Source of the DNA: an uncultured Actinomycetota bacterium
Lineage (GTDB): Bacteria; Actinomycetota; Actinomycetes; Propionibacteriales; Nocardioidaceae
Assembly (NCBI GenBank): GCA_963801125.1
Contig: CAWDDL010000014.1
Span: 1,209-65,208 of the forward strand
DNA length: 64,000 nt
Reading direction: 5' to 3'
Shown: in pieces, positions 46,209-55,503 of the stretch
How the letters are laid out: each line of letters starts with the position of its first letter
Numbering within the stretch: position 1 is the first letter of the stretch
Made by a program: the position numbers and the translations under genes
The notes under the pieces: generated by a model
What the model was told of the DNA's origin: nothing
Database searches by the model: none
Seen by the model: only the letters and a program-made list of their open reading frames with translations

Positions 46209-46324
46209 CGTCGGCCACCGGCGTTCCCGGACATGCCTGATGAGCGGACGGTCATAACCCGCGATTTCGCGCCGCTGCGCGAATCCGTTTGCTGAGTCGT
46301 CAGCCCGCCTGCTTGGTTGGCCAC

Positions 46325-46864
46325 ATGAACTTCGACGGCATGTGGGCTGAGCCCGGCAACGATCCGCGAGAGGCACTGGAGCCCGGAAGGGGTGAGAAGG
46401 CCGTGCTTGCGGAGTACCTCGACCGCTACCGGATGACCTTCGAGCTCAAGTGCGAGGGACTCACCGCCGAGCAGCTCGCGACTCGCTCGGTCCCGCCGTC
46501 CACGATGTCGCTGCTGGGCCTGATCCGACACCTCGCTCGGGTCGAGCACTCGTGGACGCGCCGAGTCTTTGAAGGACAGATCGAGTTGCCGCGTCTCTAC
46601 CGCACCCAGGAGGACCCGGACCTGGACTTCAACCAAGCCCTGGCCGACGACGAAGTCGTCGCCGAAGCATGGGACACCTGGCGCGGTGGGGTCGCGCACG
46701 CCCGCTCTGTCTATGCCGACCTGGACCTTGACGCGCCGGTCGACGTCCACGGCCAGGAGGTAGAGGCGCGCGACATCGTCGTCCACCTTGTTGAGGAGTA
46801 TGCCCGCCACGTGGGCCACGCCGATCTGCTGCGTGAATGCATCGACGGGCGCACGGGCCAATAG
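46325..46864 (+). CDS. DinB_2/DUF664-family protein (mycothiol-transferase-like)
   Basis: …LAEYLDRYRMTFELKCEGLTAEQL...MSLLGLIRHLARVEHSWT...VVHLVEEYARHVGHADLLRECIDGRTGQ. Confidence 0.85.
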   Translation: MNFDGMWAEPGNDPREALEPGRGEKAVLAEYLDRYRMTFELKCEGLTAEQLATRSVPPSTMSLLGLIRHLARVEHSWTRRVFEGQIELPRLYRTQEDPDLDFNQALADDEVVAEAWDTWRGGVAHARSVYADLDLDAPVDVHGQEVEARDIVVHLVEEYARHVGHADLLRECIDGRTGQ

Positions 46865-47241
46865 GCCGAGGTTGGACCGATCCCCGAGCGCAAGCCACTG
46901 CGGTTTCGGTTTCCCGCGTATGGCACCTCCAACGAGCTGCAGAGCCGCGTTCCGCGCTGTGGCCGCGACGATCGCGGCCAGGTCAGCATCCGCCCGGTCG
47001 CGGTATGGACGTTGTGGGCGGGGGAATTCGAGATCGACGCGCCGTGCATGTGAGTTCGTGCGTGGCGCCTGGAGATGCACCATGGTTCTGCATATGAAGC
47101 AGGACGGACGGTTGCTCTCTGGACGGCGGGTCGCCGCACTCGTCAGGTCGGAAGTCGCGCGGATGGCGCGCGGCCTGGAGCAGGCGCGAACGGCACCCGT
47201 GCCAGGACCGTTTGTCCCTCCCGGCTGAGAGAGGGCCGCTC

Positions 47242-48216
47242 GTGACATCGACCCACCCGACGTGGCGAACCGTCCCCTTGGACGGGGACTACGGCCTGCC
47301 CGGGCGACGACCACGCGGTGAGGTGGACTGGACTCGGCACGTGCACACCGCTGACGTTGCCAGGTCCAGCCTGCACTACCTGGACTACGGCGATCCTGGG
47401 CCGGACAGGCTGGTGTTCGTTCTCGTGCATGGCCTCGGAGGGCGTTGGCAGCACTGGACGGAAAACATCCCCGAGCTGGCCGAACACGGTCGTGTCATCG
47501 CCATCGACCTGCCTGGTTTCGGCCGTTCCGGGCCGCTGCCAGGTGGGTACTCGATTGACGCATTCGCGGACGCGGTCGCCGATCTGGTCAAGCAGCTGGA
47601 CCTGCCCAAGGTCGTCTTCGTCGGACATTCCCTCGGCGGGCTGCTGGCCGTCCGCTTCGCCAACCGTCATCCGGATCTGGTTGACGCGGTCATCCTCGCC
47701 GCGGGCACGGTGCAGGCTTTCGCCGCCGTGCTCGGCATGCAGCACGCCGGCTGCAACTTGCTCAGACGGCCCGCGACAGTCGTGGCGACCTACTTCGAGG
47801 TACTCACCGCAGGGCTGCCCGTTCCGGCGTTGCTCCGCAACCAGCTCATCAAACGCCCGCGGCTACGCCGTCTCTTCCTATGGCCGTACCTGCATCGTCC
47901 GGGGGCGCTCCCGTCCACGAGCGTTGCGCTGCTCGTAGACGGAGTCGGCGCCCGCGGCGTCCTGCCCACCGCCCGAGCAGTCGGCAGGCTGCGCCCTGCC
48001 CAGTGGCTCACCCGGGCCAGCTGCCCGGTGCTCGCGATCGGCGCCGACCACGACGCGATCTCCCCGTTGACCGAACTCGCCGAGTTCGTCGAGTCCGTGC
48101 CCGGCGCACGAGCCGTCGTCCTCGAAGGCACCGGACACATGGTCATGCTCGAACGGGCCAGCGCTTTCACAGCCGAGGTCGTCAACTTCGCCAAGCAGCC
48201 GACGCGGAGACCGTGA
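47242..48216 (+). CDS. Alpha/beta-fold hydrolase
   Basis: GTG 47242 follows GAGAGAGGG. It has HGLGG and the nucleophile elbow GHSLGG. Confidence 0.8.
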   Translation: MTSTHPTWRTVPLDGDYGLPGRRPRGEVDWTRHVHTADVARSSLHYLDYGDPGPDRLVFVLVHGLGGRWQHWTENIPELAEHGRVIAIDLPGFGRSGPLPGGYSIDAFADAVADLVKQLDLPKVVFVGHSLGGLLAVRFANRHPDLVDAVILAAGTVQAFAAVLGMQHAGCNLLRRPATVVATYFEVLTAGLPVPALLRNQLIKRPRLRRLFLWPYLHRPGALPSTSVALLVDGVGARGVLPTARAVGRLRPAQWLTRASCPVLAIGADHDAISPLTELAEFVESVPGARAVVLEGTGHMVMLERASAFTAEVVNFAKQPTRRP

Positions 48217-48321
48217 CACTCGGGGATCAGAACGTCCCGCTCCCCAGGCCCGCTCACGTGCGTGATTCGTGCCTTCCCCGCTGACCACTCTTGGCCTCGC
48301 GGCGCGCGGTGCCGCCGTCGA

Positions 48322-49095
48322 TCACTGGACGGGGTCAATGCGCCTGATGTCGGTCCAGCCGGTCCAGCCGCGCTCCTCCAGGAGCTCGAGCAGGCGCGGC
48401 GCGCAGGGGAAGGACTCGAGGAACGCCGCGTCGAGCAGCGCCACCAGGTCGTCGCTGACGGGGTGTTCGTCCTCCACCCCTTCGCTCTCGGCGGCTGCAG
48501 CCTCGATGAAGGTGACCACCCGGTCCGCGACGGCGGGCATCCGTGGGTCGTCGGGGCCGCAGTCGACGAGGTCTCCGAGATCGAGGTACAGGTGCCGTAG
48601 CGGCTCGTGCTCGATCTGCGCGTGCTTGATCGCCATGAACGCACGCATCGCCTCCGGCATCTGGGCCGCGACCAGGACCCAGCTGTCGCGCTCGACCTCG
48701 ATCAGCCGCTCATGGAAGCCGAGCTCGCGCATCCGGTCGAGGTAGGCGACCACCTCCGGCGGCAGCGCCAGACTGTCTCCGGCGGCGAGCCGGGCGATCT
48801 GCTGGCGATGCCTTTGACGCTCGCGGATCTCGGCACGCAGGCGCCGGTCGATGTCCTCAACTGCCACCGCGAACTCTTCGTCACCTGCTACCAGGAGCTC
48901 GCGAACCCGCGACAGCGGCACCCCGGCTTCGGCCAGGGTGCGAATCCTGACCAGCTCGACGACCGCCGCGGCTCCGTAGCGCCGATAGCCGGAGTGGTCG
49001 CGCACGGGCTCGGGCAGCAACCCCTTGGCGTGGTAATGCCGAACCGCACGCACCGTGACACCGGCGTACGACGCGAGCTGGCTGATGGTGAGCAT
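48322..49095 (-). CDS. MerR-family transcriptional regulator
   Basis: The N-terminus reads MLTISQLASYAGVTVRAVRHYHAKGLLPEP...SGYRRY. It is the last gene of the ABC operon. Confidence 0.85.
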   Translation of the reverse strand: MLTISQLASYAGVTVRAVRHYHAKGLLPEPVRDHSGYRRYGAAAVVELVRIRTLAEAGVPLSRVRELLVAGDEEFAVAVEDIDRRLRAEIRERQRHRQQIARLAAGDSLALPPEVVAYLDRMRELGFHERLIEVERDSWVLVAAQMPEAMRAFMAIKHAQIEHEPLRHLYLDLGDLVDCGPDDPRMPAVADRVVTFIEAAAAESEGVEDEHPVSDDLVALLDAAFLESFPCAPRLLELLEERGWTGWTDIRRIDPVQ

Positions 49096-49131
49096 GACCC
49101 TATTCTGCGAGGTTGGCCGTCAGGTCGCCGA

Positions 49132-49905
49132 TCAGGCGATCTTGCTGCGATAGGTGCGCATCGCCAGGACGTAGGCGACGACCAGCAGGCCGACGCACCA
49201 GGCGATGGCGATCGGTCCGTCGCTCCCGACCGGCTGCCCGGCAAACAGGTCGCGGATCGTGTTCACGATCGAGGTCACCGGCTGGTGCTCGGCGAACCAG
49301 CGCACCAGGGCCGGCATCCCGTCGGTGGGCACGAAGGCCGAGCTGATGAACGGCAGGAAGATCAGCGGGTAGGAGAACCCGCTCACGCCGTCGACCGACT
49401 TCGCGGTCAGCCCCGGGATCACCGCGAGCCAGGTCAGGGCCAGGGTGAACAGCAGGAGGATCCCGAGCACCGCAAGCCAGGCGAGCACACCCGCCCCGGT
49501 GCGGAATCCCATCAGCAGGGCGACGAGCACGACGAGCCCCAGCGAGATCAGGTTCGCCACGACCGAGGTCAGCACATGGCCCCACAGCACCGCCGAGCGG
49601 GCGATCGGCATGGACTGGAACCTCTCGAAGATGCCGCCGGACACGTCGGTGAACAGCCGGAACGCGGTGTAGGCGATGCCGGAGGCGATGGTGATGAGCA
49701 GGATGCCCGGCAGCAGGTAGTCGACATAACTGCCGGCGCCGGCGTGTCCACCGATCTGGATCGCGCTGCCGAAGACGTAGACGAACAGCAGCAGCATGGC
49801 GATCGGCGTGATGGCCGTGGTGATGATGGTGTCGGGGCTGCGCAGGATGTGGCGCAGGGACCGCCTGGTCAGGACGGTGGTGGCGCTGAAGACGTGGGTG
49901 GTCAT
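49132..49905 (-). CDS. ABC-2-type transporter permease (DrrB-like)
   Basis: 257 aa with 6 predicted TM segments. It overlaps the ATPase stop. Confidence 0.8.
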   Translation of the reverse strand: MTTHVFSATTVLTRRSLRHILRSPDTIITTAITPIAMLLLFVYVFGSAIQIGGHAGAGSYVDYLLPGILLITIASGIAYTAFRLFTDVSGGIFERFQSMPIARSAVLWGHVLTSVVANLISLGLVVLVALLMGFRTGAGVLAWLAVLGILLLFTLALTWLAVIPGLTAKSVDGVSGFSYPLIFLPFISSAFVPTDGMPALVRWFAEHQPVTSIVNTIRDLFAGQPVGSDGPIAIAWCVGLLVVAYVLAMRTYRSKIA

Positions 49906-50708
49906 CGCTGGGCTCCCTGCTCGGTCACGCTGCGGGCGGTGGTGCCGGTGGCGCCGTCGTGGCCGACGATCGCGAGGAAGATGTCTTCGAGGGACGGCTG
50001 CTTCTCGACGTACTCGACGGTGACTGGAGGGAACAGCTGCTTGAGCTCGGCGAGAGTGCCCTCGGCGATGATCCGGCCCTCGTGGAGGATCGCGATCCGG
50101 TCCGCGAGCTGCTCGGCCTCTTCGAGGTACTGCGTGGTGAGCAGAACCGTGGTGCCCCGGCCGGCGAGCTCATTCACGGTGTTCCAGACCTCGATGCGTG
50201 ACTGGGGGTCCAGCCCGGTAGTCGGCTCGTCGAGGAACAGCACAGCCGGCTCTCCGATCAGGCTCATCGCGATGTCGAGTCTGCGCCGCATGCCGCCGGA
50301 GTAGGTCGCCACTCTCCGCCGGCCCGCCTCGGTGAGTTCGAACCTTGCGAGCAGGCCGTCTGCGATGCCGGCCGGGTCCGTGAGGCGCCGCAGCTGTGCG
50401 ATCAGCTCGAGGTTCTCCCGTCCGGTCAGGACCTCGTCCACGGCCGCAAACTGGCCGGTCAGGCTGATCGACTCCCGGACCTGCGCGGCCTGGGTCGAGA
50501 CGTCGTGGCCATTCACGGTTGCGGTCCCCCCGTCGGCCTTGAGCAGCGTGGACAGGATCCGCACCGCGGTGGTCTTGCCTGCGCCGTTGGAGCCCAGCAA
50601 CGCGCAGATCGTGCCCGACGGGACGCGCAGGTCCATGCCCCGGAGCACAGGGTTGTCGCCGTAGGACTTGGTGAGCCCGGCGATCTCGATGGCTGTTGTC
50701 GAAGTCAT
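49902..50708 (-). CDS. ABC transporter ATP-binding protein (DrrA-like)
   Basis: From ATG 50708 within ORF 49902..51164. It has Walker A (GSNGAGKTT), the signature motif (YSGGMRRR) and Walker B (LFLDEPT). Confidence 0.9.
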   Translation of the reverse strand: MTSTTAIEIAGLTKSYGDNPVLRGMDLRVPSGTICALLGSNGAGKTTAVRILSTLLKADGGTATVNGHDVSTQAAQVRESISLTGQFAAVDEVLTGRENLELIAQLRRLTDPAGIADGLLARFELTEAGRRRVATYSGGMRRRLDIAMSLIGEPAVLFLDEPTTGLDPQSRIEVWNTVNELAGRGTTVLLTTQYLEEAEQLADRIAILHEGRIIAEGTLAELKQLFPPVTVEYVEKQPSLEDIFLAIVGHDGATGTTARSVTEQGAQR

Positions 50709-50714
50709 GGCAGG

Positions 50715-50746
50715 AGCCTGCAACCCTGACCCTGGGTCAAGGTCAA
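50715..50746 (-). promoter_or_regulatory. MerR-type promoter: TTGACC, 20-nt spacer containing a palindrome, then CAGGCT; the ATG follows 6 nt later (leaderless?)
   Basis: The minus strand reads CTTGACC-TTGACCCAGGGTCAGGGTTG-CAGGCT-CCTGCC-ATG. The palindrome TGACCC(A/T)GGGTCA is at 50727-50739 and extends to 10-1-10 with one mismatch. Confidence 0.5.
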
Positions 50747-50836
50747 GCCCCGATCTCGGGCGCTCAGCGGACGGAACCCCCGCAGGGCATCTCGCCGCGC
50801 TTCTCGCCGCGCTTCTGGCCGCGCGGCTGGCGAGCC

Positions 50837-51541
50837 TCAGACTGCCACGATTCGGAACTCGTTGCCGTCCGGGTCGGCGAACTCGACGCCCCCATGGACG
50901 TCTGCGAGACGGGTGGCCCCGAGCGACGTCAGCCTCGCGATCTCGCTCTCGAGGTCGGCGGCGGCCAGGTCGAGCCGTTGCCGGTTCCGCCCCTGCTTGG
51001 CAGCCACGGGCGGCCCGCCCCACGCCAGTTTGGTGCCCCCGGCAGGCGACTGGATCGCGGTCTCCTGGTCCTGGTTCCACACCAGCGGCCAATCGAGCAC
51101 CTCGTGCCAGAAGACCCCGACCGCTCGAGAACCCTCGCAGGCAACCTCGCCCAGTGGACCGCAACCGGCGAGGAAGCCGCTGTCGGCCTCGATGACGCAG
51201 AGTTCGTTGTCACCCGGATCGCTCAGCACGACGTGCCCCTCTTCGGGCAGCTGGCCGACATCGAGGTGGCGTCCGCCGATGCTCAGTGCCCTCTCGACCG
51301 TGGCCCGCTGCCCTTCCCCACTGGCGCTGGTGAGGTGCAGATGCAGTCGGTTGCGCCCGACCTTCTGGGTGGACGCCGCGACGAAGCGCAGTCCAACCTG
51401 CCTCTCGTCCCCCGGGAGCAGCACGTCGTCGTCCTCGTCGACGACCTCTCGTCCGAGCAGCTCAGCCCAGAACCGGGCCACTGCCATCGGCTCCCGGGCG
51501 TCGAACGCAACTGCGACGAGTCGTGCGGGCACCTTCTGCAC
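50837..51541 (-). CDS. VOC (glyoxalase/bleomycin-resistance)-family protein, two-domain
   Basis: From GTG 51541 within ORF 50837..52234 (…VAFDAREPMAVARFWAELLG...LHLHL...SDPGDNELCV...FADPDGNEFRI). Confidence 0.75.
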   Translation of the reverse strand: MQKVPARLVAVAFDAREPMAVARFWAELLGREVVDEDDDVLLPGDERQVGLRFVAASTQKVGRNRLHLHLTSASGEGQRATVERALSIGGRHLDVGQLPEEGHVVLSDPGDNELCVIEADSGFLAGCGPLGEVACEGSRAVGVFWHEVLDWPLVWNQDQETAIQSPAGGTKLAWGGPPVAAKQGRNRQRLDLAAADLESEIARLTSLGATRLADVHGGVEFADPDGNEFRIVAV

Positions 51542-52007
51542 GCTAGACGCGACTCGGGCGCGCGGGCACCTGGTTTTCAGGCGTGGTCGACTGCTCCCGT
51601 CGGATCCCGGGGTACGCCGCGCGCAGCTCGAGCGCCTCCGCGGCGTCGCACTCGAGGTCGACGGACGTCGTCGACATCGATGACCGCGCGGTTGCTGCCC
51701 GGCACGTGGAAGCCCTCGTCGTGGACGGCCCTCCTCCAGCCCGTGCCCCTCCTGGACTGGCTCCACCCAGCTCCGGCGAACACGACGCGCGTGCAGTGGT
51801 CGGGCCGGAGGAGCCCTTCGCCGCCAAGGGGTGCACATCGACGCCCAGCAGCTGAGTCGGCTGCCGCATGACGTCGAGCTCCGCCGGCGCCGGCGGGCGC
51901 CTATCACCGGCGCCTGACCCTGCCGCACCGCGTATCGGGAACGCCGACCGACCGGGACTCGGTGGAACGCCGGCACGCGACGGCGGAACGCCTCTACGCT
52001 CACGCAC

Positions 52008-53135
52008 ATGTCTGACGTAGCGGACGCGGCCGTCGAGCTGCTCTCCGAGCTCGTGTCGATCGACTCGGTCAATCCGGGGCTGGTGCCCGGTGCAGCCGGT
52101 GAGACGCGGATCGTGGAGCACCTCGCGACACGGTTGCAAAGGTCGGGGTTCGTCACGACCGTGGTACCAGGCGGCGCCCACGGCGGCCGGCCGAGCCTCG
52201 TCGCGTCACCCCCGGGCCGCGCCGAGTGGCCCACGGTGGTCTTGAACGGTCACCTCGACACGGTCGGAGTGGGCAGCATGGCGGATCCCTTCACGCCCCG
52301 GGTCGACGGGGACCGGCTCTTCGGGCGGGGCGCCGCCGACATGAAGGGCGGCGTCGCGGCGCTGGTGGCGGCTGCCGAGGCACTGGTCGCGCAGGCCGCC
52401 CCGGTCCATCCGGTGCTCGCGCTGGTAGCGGACGAGGAGGATGCGAGTCTCGGGAGCGAGGCGGTCATCGAAGCGCTGCCGCGCCTGGGCGTGTCCGCGG
52501 ACGTGTGTCTGGTCGCGGAGCCAACAGACGTGGCCCCGTGCCGGTCCCTTCGCGGGTTCGCGCTCGTGCGGGTCGCGTTCCCGGGCCGTGCCGCGCACAG
52601 CTCGCGGGGCGACCTGGGTGTGAACGCCGTGACCCACCTCGGGCGCCTGCTCGCGGCGGTCGACCAACGGGCCGACGCGGTGCGGGCGGCCGGTGGTGAC
52701 CTCATGGTGACCAGGGTGCGCGGCGGCGAGTCCCCGTTCGTGGTACCGGATCACGCCGAGTGCCTGGTCGAGCTGCGGACGACCCCGGGCCAGAACGGTC
52801 CTCGGGCTCTGGAGGACGTCCGGGCGCTGCTCGACCCGGCCTGGGCCGCCGAGGTCGAGCTCCTCGCCCACCGCGACGGTTGGCAGCTCGACGCGGCCGG
52901 TCCCGCAGCCGACCTCGCGGCCCGGCTCGGCACAGCCCTGGGGACCGGCCCGACGTTCGACGCGCCGTACTGGATGGAGGCGGCACTCTGGCAGCAGGTC
53001 TGCCCCACACTGGTCTGCGGGCCGTCCGGCGGCGGCCTGCACGCGATCGACGAGTGGGTGGACCTGGGCCAGGTCCGCGCCTTCGCGACGGCGCTGGTCG
53101 GCGTGCTCGGCGAGGGAGGCATCCGTGGCTACTGA
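52008..53135 (+). CDS. M20-family metallopeptidase (ArgE/DapE/CPG2-like deacylase)
   Basis: 375 aa (…LNGHLDTV...GRGAADMKGG...VADEEDAS...). Confidence 0.85.
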   Translation: MSDVADAAVELLSELVSIDSVNPGLVPGAAGETRIVEHLATRLQRSGFVTTVVPGGAHGGRPSLVASPPGRAEWPTVVLNGHLDTVGVGSMADPFTPRVDGDRLFGRGAADMKGGVAALVAAAEALVAQAAPVHPVLALVADEEDASLGSEAVIEALPRLGVSADVCLVAEPTDVAPCRSLRGFALVRVAFPGRAAHSSRGDLGVNAVTHLGRLLAAVDQRADAVRAAGGDLMVTRVRGGESPFVVPDHAECLVELRTTPGQNGPRALEDVRALLDPAWAAEVELLAHRDGWQLDAAGPAADLAARLGTALGTGPTFDAPYWMEAALWQQVCPTLVCGPSGGGLHAIDEWVDLGQVRAFATALVGVLGEGGIRGY

Positions 53136-54561
53136 CCCTCGCGGACTCCGAGGAGACGCGCCGCTGCTCGACGCCTGGCTGCGGTTCCAGGAGAGCCCGC
53201 CGACGCCGTTCACGATCCCGGGCCACAAGCAGCGCACGGACCTCGTCGGTGACGTGGTCGCCGGAGACGTTCCCCTGTACGCCGGGCTCGACACGATGAA
53301 GCTCAGCAGCGGCGTCCTCACCGAGGCCGAGTCCCGCGCGGCCCGGCTCTGGGGAGCCGACTTCTGCCGGTTCTCCACCGGCGGCGCCACCCACGCCAAC
53401 CAAGCCGTCGCCCTGGCGGTGGGCGGCGACGGCGACCGGGTCGTGGTCAGCCGCACCCTGCACCGCTCGCTCCTGCTCGGCCTCGTGCTCGCTGGCCTCA
53501 CCCCGGTGTGGGTGGGGCCCGAGGTCGACCCGGCGACCGGGCTGCCCCTCGGGGTCGCTCCGGAGACGGTCCGCAAGGCGCTCGCGGCCAACCCGGATGT
53601 CCGGGCGGTGTTCGTCGGCGACCCGTCGTACGTCGGGACCGTCGGCGACGTCGCCGGCCTCGCAGAGGCGGCGCACGGGTACGGCGTCCCGCTGGTGGTC
53701 GACGCTGCCTGGGCGGCGCACTTCGGGTTCCACCCGGACCTGCCGCCCCACCCCCTGCAGCTCGGCGCTGACGTCATGGTCACCAGCGCCCACAAGACCC
53801 TCCCTGCCTGGAGCCAGGCCGCGCTCGTCCTCGCCCGTGGCGAGAGGGTCGACCCCGCCCGCCTCGACGCCGGCGTCGAGGCCACCGCGACGACCAGCCC
53901 GGCCGGTGCCGTGCTCGCGAGCACCGACGCTGCCCGCGCCCTGCTCGAGCGCGACGGTCCCGCCCTGATCGGCGACGCCATCGCCGCCACCCGAGCGGGA
54001 CGCGACCGGCTCGGCGACGTCGCGGGCCTCGTGGTGCTCGACGGGCCGAGCGTCGACCCGCTCAAGCTGACCCTGGTGCTGTCCGGCACCGGGGCCGACG
54101 GCAACGCAGTCGAGAGCGACCTCCTCGCCGCAGGTCTGCCCGTCGAGTCCGCCGACCGCGACGTGCTCGTCGGTGTGGTGTCGCTCGCCGACACCGCCGC
54201 GAGCATCGAGCGCCTCGTATCCGTCGTCGCGGCCTCCATCGAGCGTCACCGGGGCGCACCCCGCGCGGTCGTCGGGCCGGCGGCCTACCGGGTCGAGCCG
54301 GTCATCGCCGTACCACCACGGGAGGCGTTCTTCGCCCCGGCCCGGACCGTGCCGATCGCCGAGGCCGTGGGCCGGACCAGCGCCGAGCTCGTCGCGCCGT
54401 ACCCGCCCGGGATCCCCGTCCTCGCCCCCGGCGAGACCATCACCGCCGACACCCTGGCTGCGCTGGAACAGGCCCGAACCGCCGGCGTGCGCATCGCCTA
54501 CGCGGCAGACCCGGCACTCCTCACGATCCGAGTCACCGACCAGCCGAAGGCCAGGCGCTGA
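53125..54561 (+). CDS. PLP-dependent Orn/Lys/Arg decarboxylase-family enzyme (OKR_DC_1 major domain)
   Basis: 478 aa (FTIPGHKQ...STGGATHANQA...VVDAAWAAHFGF...VTSAHKTLPA). It overlaps the M20 gene by 11 nt. Confidence 0.8.
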   Translation: MATDPRGLRGDAPLLDAWLRFQESPPTPFTIPGHKQRTDLVGDVVAGDVPLYAGLDTMKLSSGVLTEAESRAARLWGADFCRFSTGGATHANQAVALAVGGDGDRVVVSRTLHRSLLLGLVLAGLTPVWVGPEVDPATGLPLGVAPETVRKALAANPDVRAVFVGDPSYVGTVGDVAGLAEAAHGYGVPLVVDAAWAAHFGFHPDLPPHPLQLGADVMVTSAHKTLPAWSQAALVLARGERVDPARLDAGVEATATTSPAGAVLASTDAARALLERDGPALIGDAIAATRAGRDRLGDVAGLVVLDGPSVDPLKLTLVLSGTGADGNAVESDLLAAGLPVESADRDVLVGVVSLADTAASIERLVSVVAASIERHRGAPRAVVGPAAYRVEPVIAVPPREAFFAPARTVPIAEAVGRTSAELVAPYPPGIPVLAPGETITADTLAALEQARTAGVRIAYAADPALLTIRVTDQPKARR

Positions 54562-54690
54562 CGTCCCGCCCTGTGCCGGGGAGAGCACGAGCCCCGCACG
54601 CTCCGGTCACTCACGCTCTGGACCGCCGGGGCGTGACTCCGTAGCGTGAGGTCAGGCGGCGCGACGCCGCTTCAACGTGAGGGCGGGGAG

Positions 54691-55050
54691 ATGCTCATGG
54701 CTGGTGCAGAAGACATCCAGAAGGCGGTGGGGGTCGGATCGGTCGCGTTCGGCGCGGTCGCGGCCCTGGCTCCGCGGCTGTTCCTCGGCATGTACGGCGT
54801 GCCCCAGGATGCGAACGTGCGGACGATGACGCGGCTCTGGGGCACCCGTACGGCCGTTCTCGGAGCCTTGGTGTTCACCCTGGAGGGCAGTGAGAACAAG
54901 CGGAGGATGATGACCCTGACCGCCGCGATGAACGCCCTGGACGCGGCCATGGTCGCGGCCGCTGGTGGCGTCCCTGCGCGAGCGCGCGTTCTCGGGTCGC
55001 TGACCTCGGCCGGGTTCGCGGGCGCCCTGGGGTACGCGTTGAACCAGTAG
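54691..55050 (+). CDS. Small membrane protein (DUF4267-like)
   Basis: ATG 54691 follows GGGCGGGGAG. 119 aa with 3-4 hydrophobic helices. Confidence 0.5.
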   Translation: MLMAGAEDIQKAVGVGSVAFGAVAALAPRLFLGMYGVPQDANVRTMTRLWGTRTAVLGALVFTLEGSENKRRMMTLTAAMNALDAAMVAAAGGVPARARVLGSLTSAGFAGALGYALNQ

Positions 55051-55061
55051 CCCCAGTCGGT

Positions 55062-55493
55062 TCACCCGGGCAGGTAGGCCCAGACCGTACCGTCGACCTC
55101 GATGGTCACCGGGCCGACGTCTGGCCAGTCGTGGTGCGCGACCTGGGTGAAGGTGCACTCGATGGTGTCGAGCCGGTTGACCGAGTTGCCGTGCACCGCC
55201 GCCGGCGGCGAGGTGACCTCGTCGAGCACGTTGCCGCCCGCGCCGGTGACGAGGGTGCGCCACTGGAACGCGGTCGGCACGAGCACCGTCGTGGTGCCGA
55301 CGATGTGCACGGCGGGCCGGTCGGGCGTCGTGGCGAGCAGGGTGATGCTGTAGTCGTGTCCGTCGGAGCAGCCAAGGGACAGCGTGAAGGTGTTGTCGTT
55401 GTCGGGCGCTGCCACGGCAGGACCAGCCCCGGCGAGCGCGGCGAGCACGGCTGTGATGGCGAGAACGGTCCGGCGGAGGGTCATGACGTTCAC
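55062..55493 (-). CDS. Secreted hypothetical protein
   Basis: 143 aa. It has a signal peptide (MNVMTLRRTVLAITAVLAALAGAGPAVA/AP) and two Cys in the mature part. Confidence 0.6.
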   Translation of the reverse strand: MNVMTLRRTVLAITAVLAALAGAGPAVAAPDNDNTFTLSLGCSDGHDYSITLLATTPDRPAVHIVGTTTVLVPTAFQWRTLVTGAGGNVLDEVTSPPAAVHGNSVNRLDTIECTFTQVAHHDWPDVGPVTIEVDGTVWAYLPG

Positions 55494-55503
55494 GGCTAGC
55501 TCC

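Noticed and set aside
46166-47314. 382-aa minus-strand ORF covering the DinB_2 gene and the adjacent spacer
   Set aside because: It is largely the antisense mirror of the well-supported DUF664 gene. The spacer part has no recognisable similarity, and no start or RBS context supports it.
50837-52234. Full 465-aa reading of the ORF containing the VOC protein
   Set aside because: Only the C-terminal 234 aa, from GTG 51541, are protein-like with glyoxalase-fold repeats. The upstream 230 codons are R/S/P-rich and overlap the M20 gene start on the other strand.
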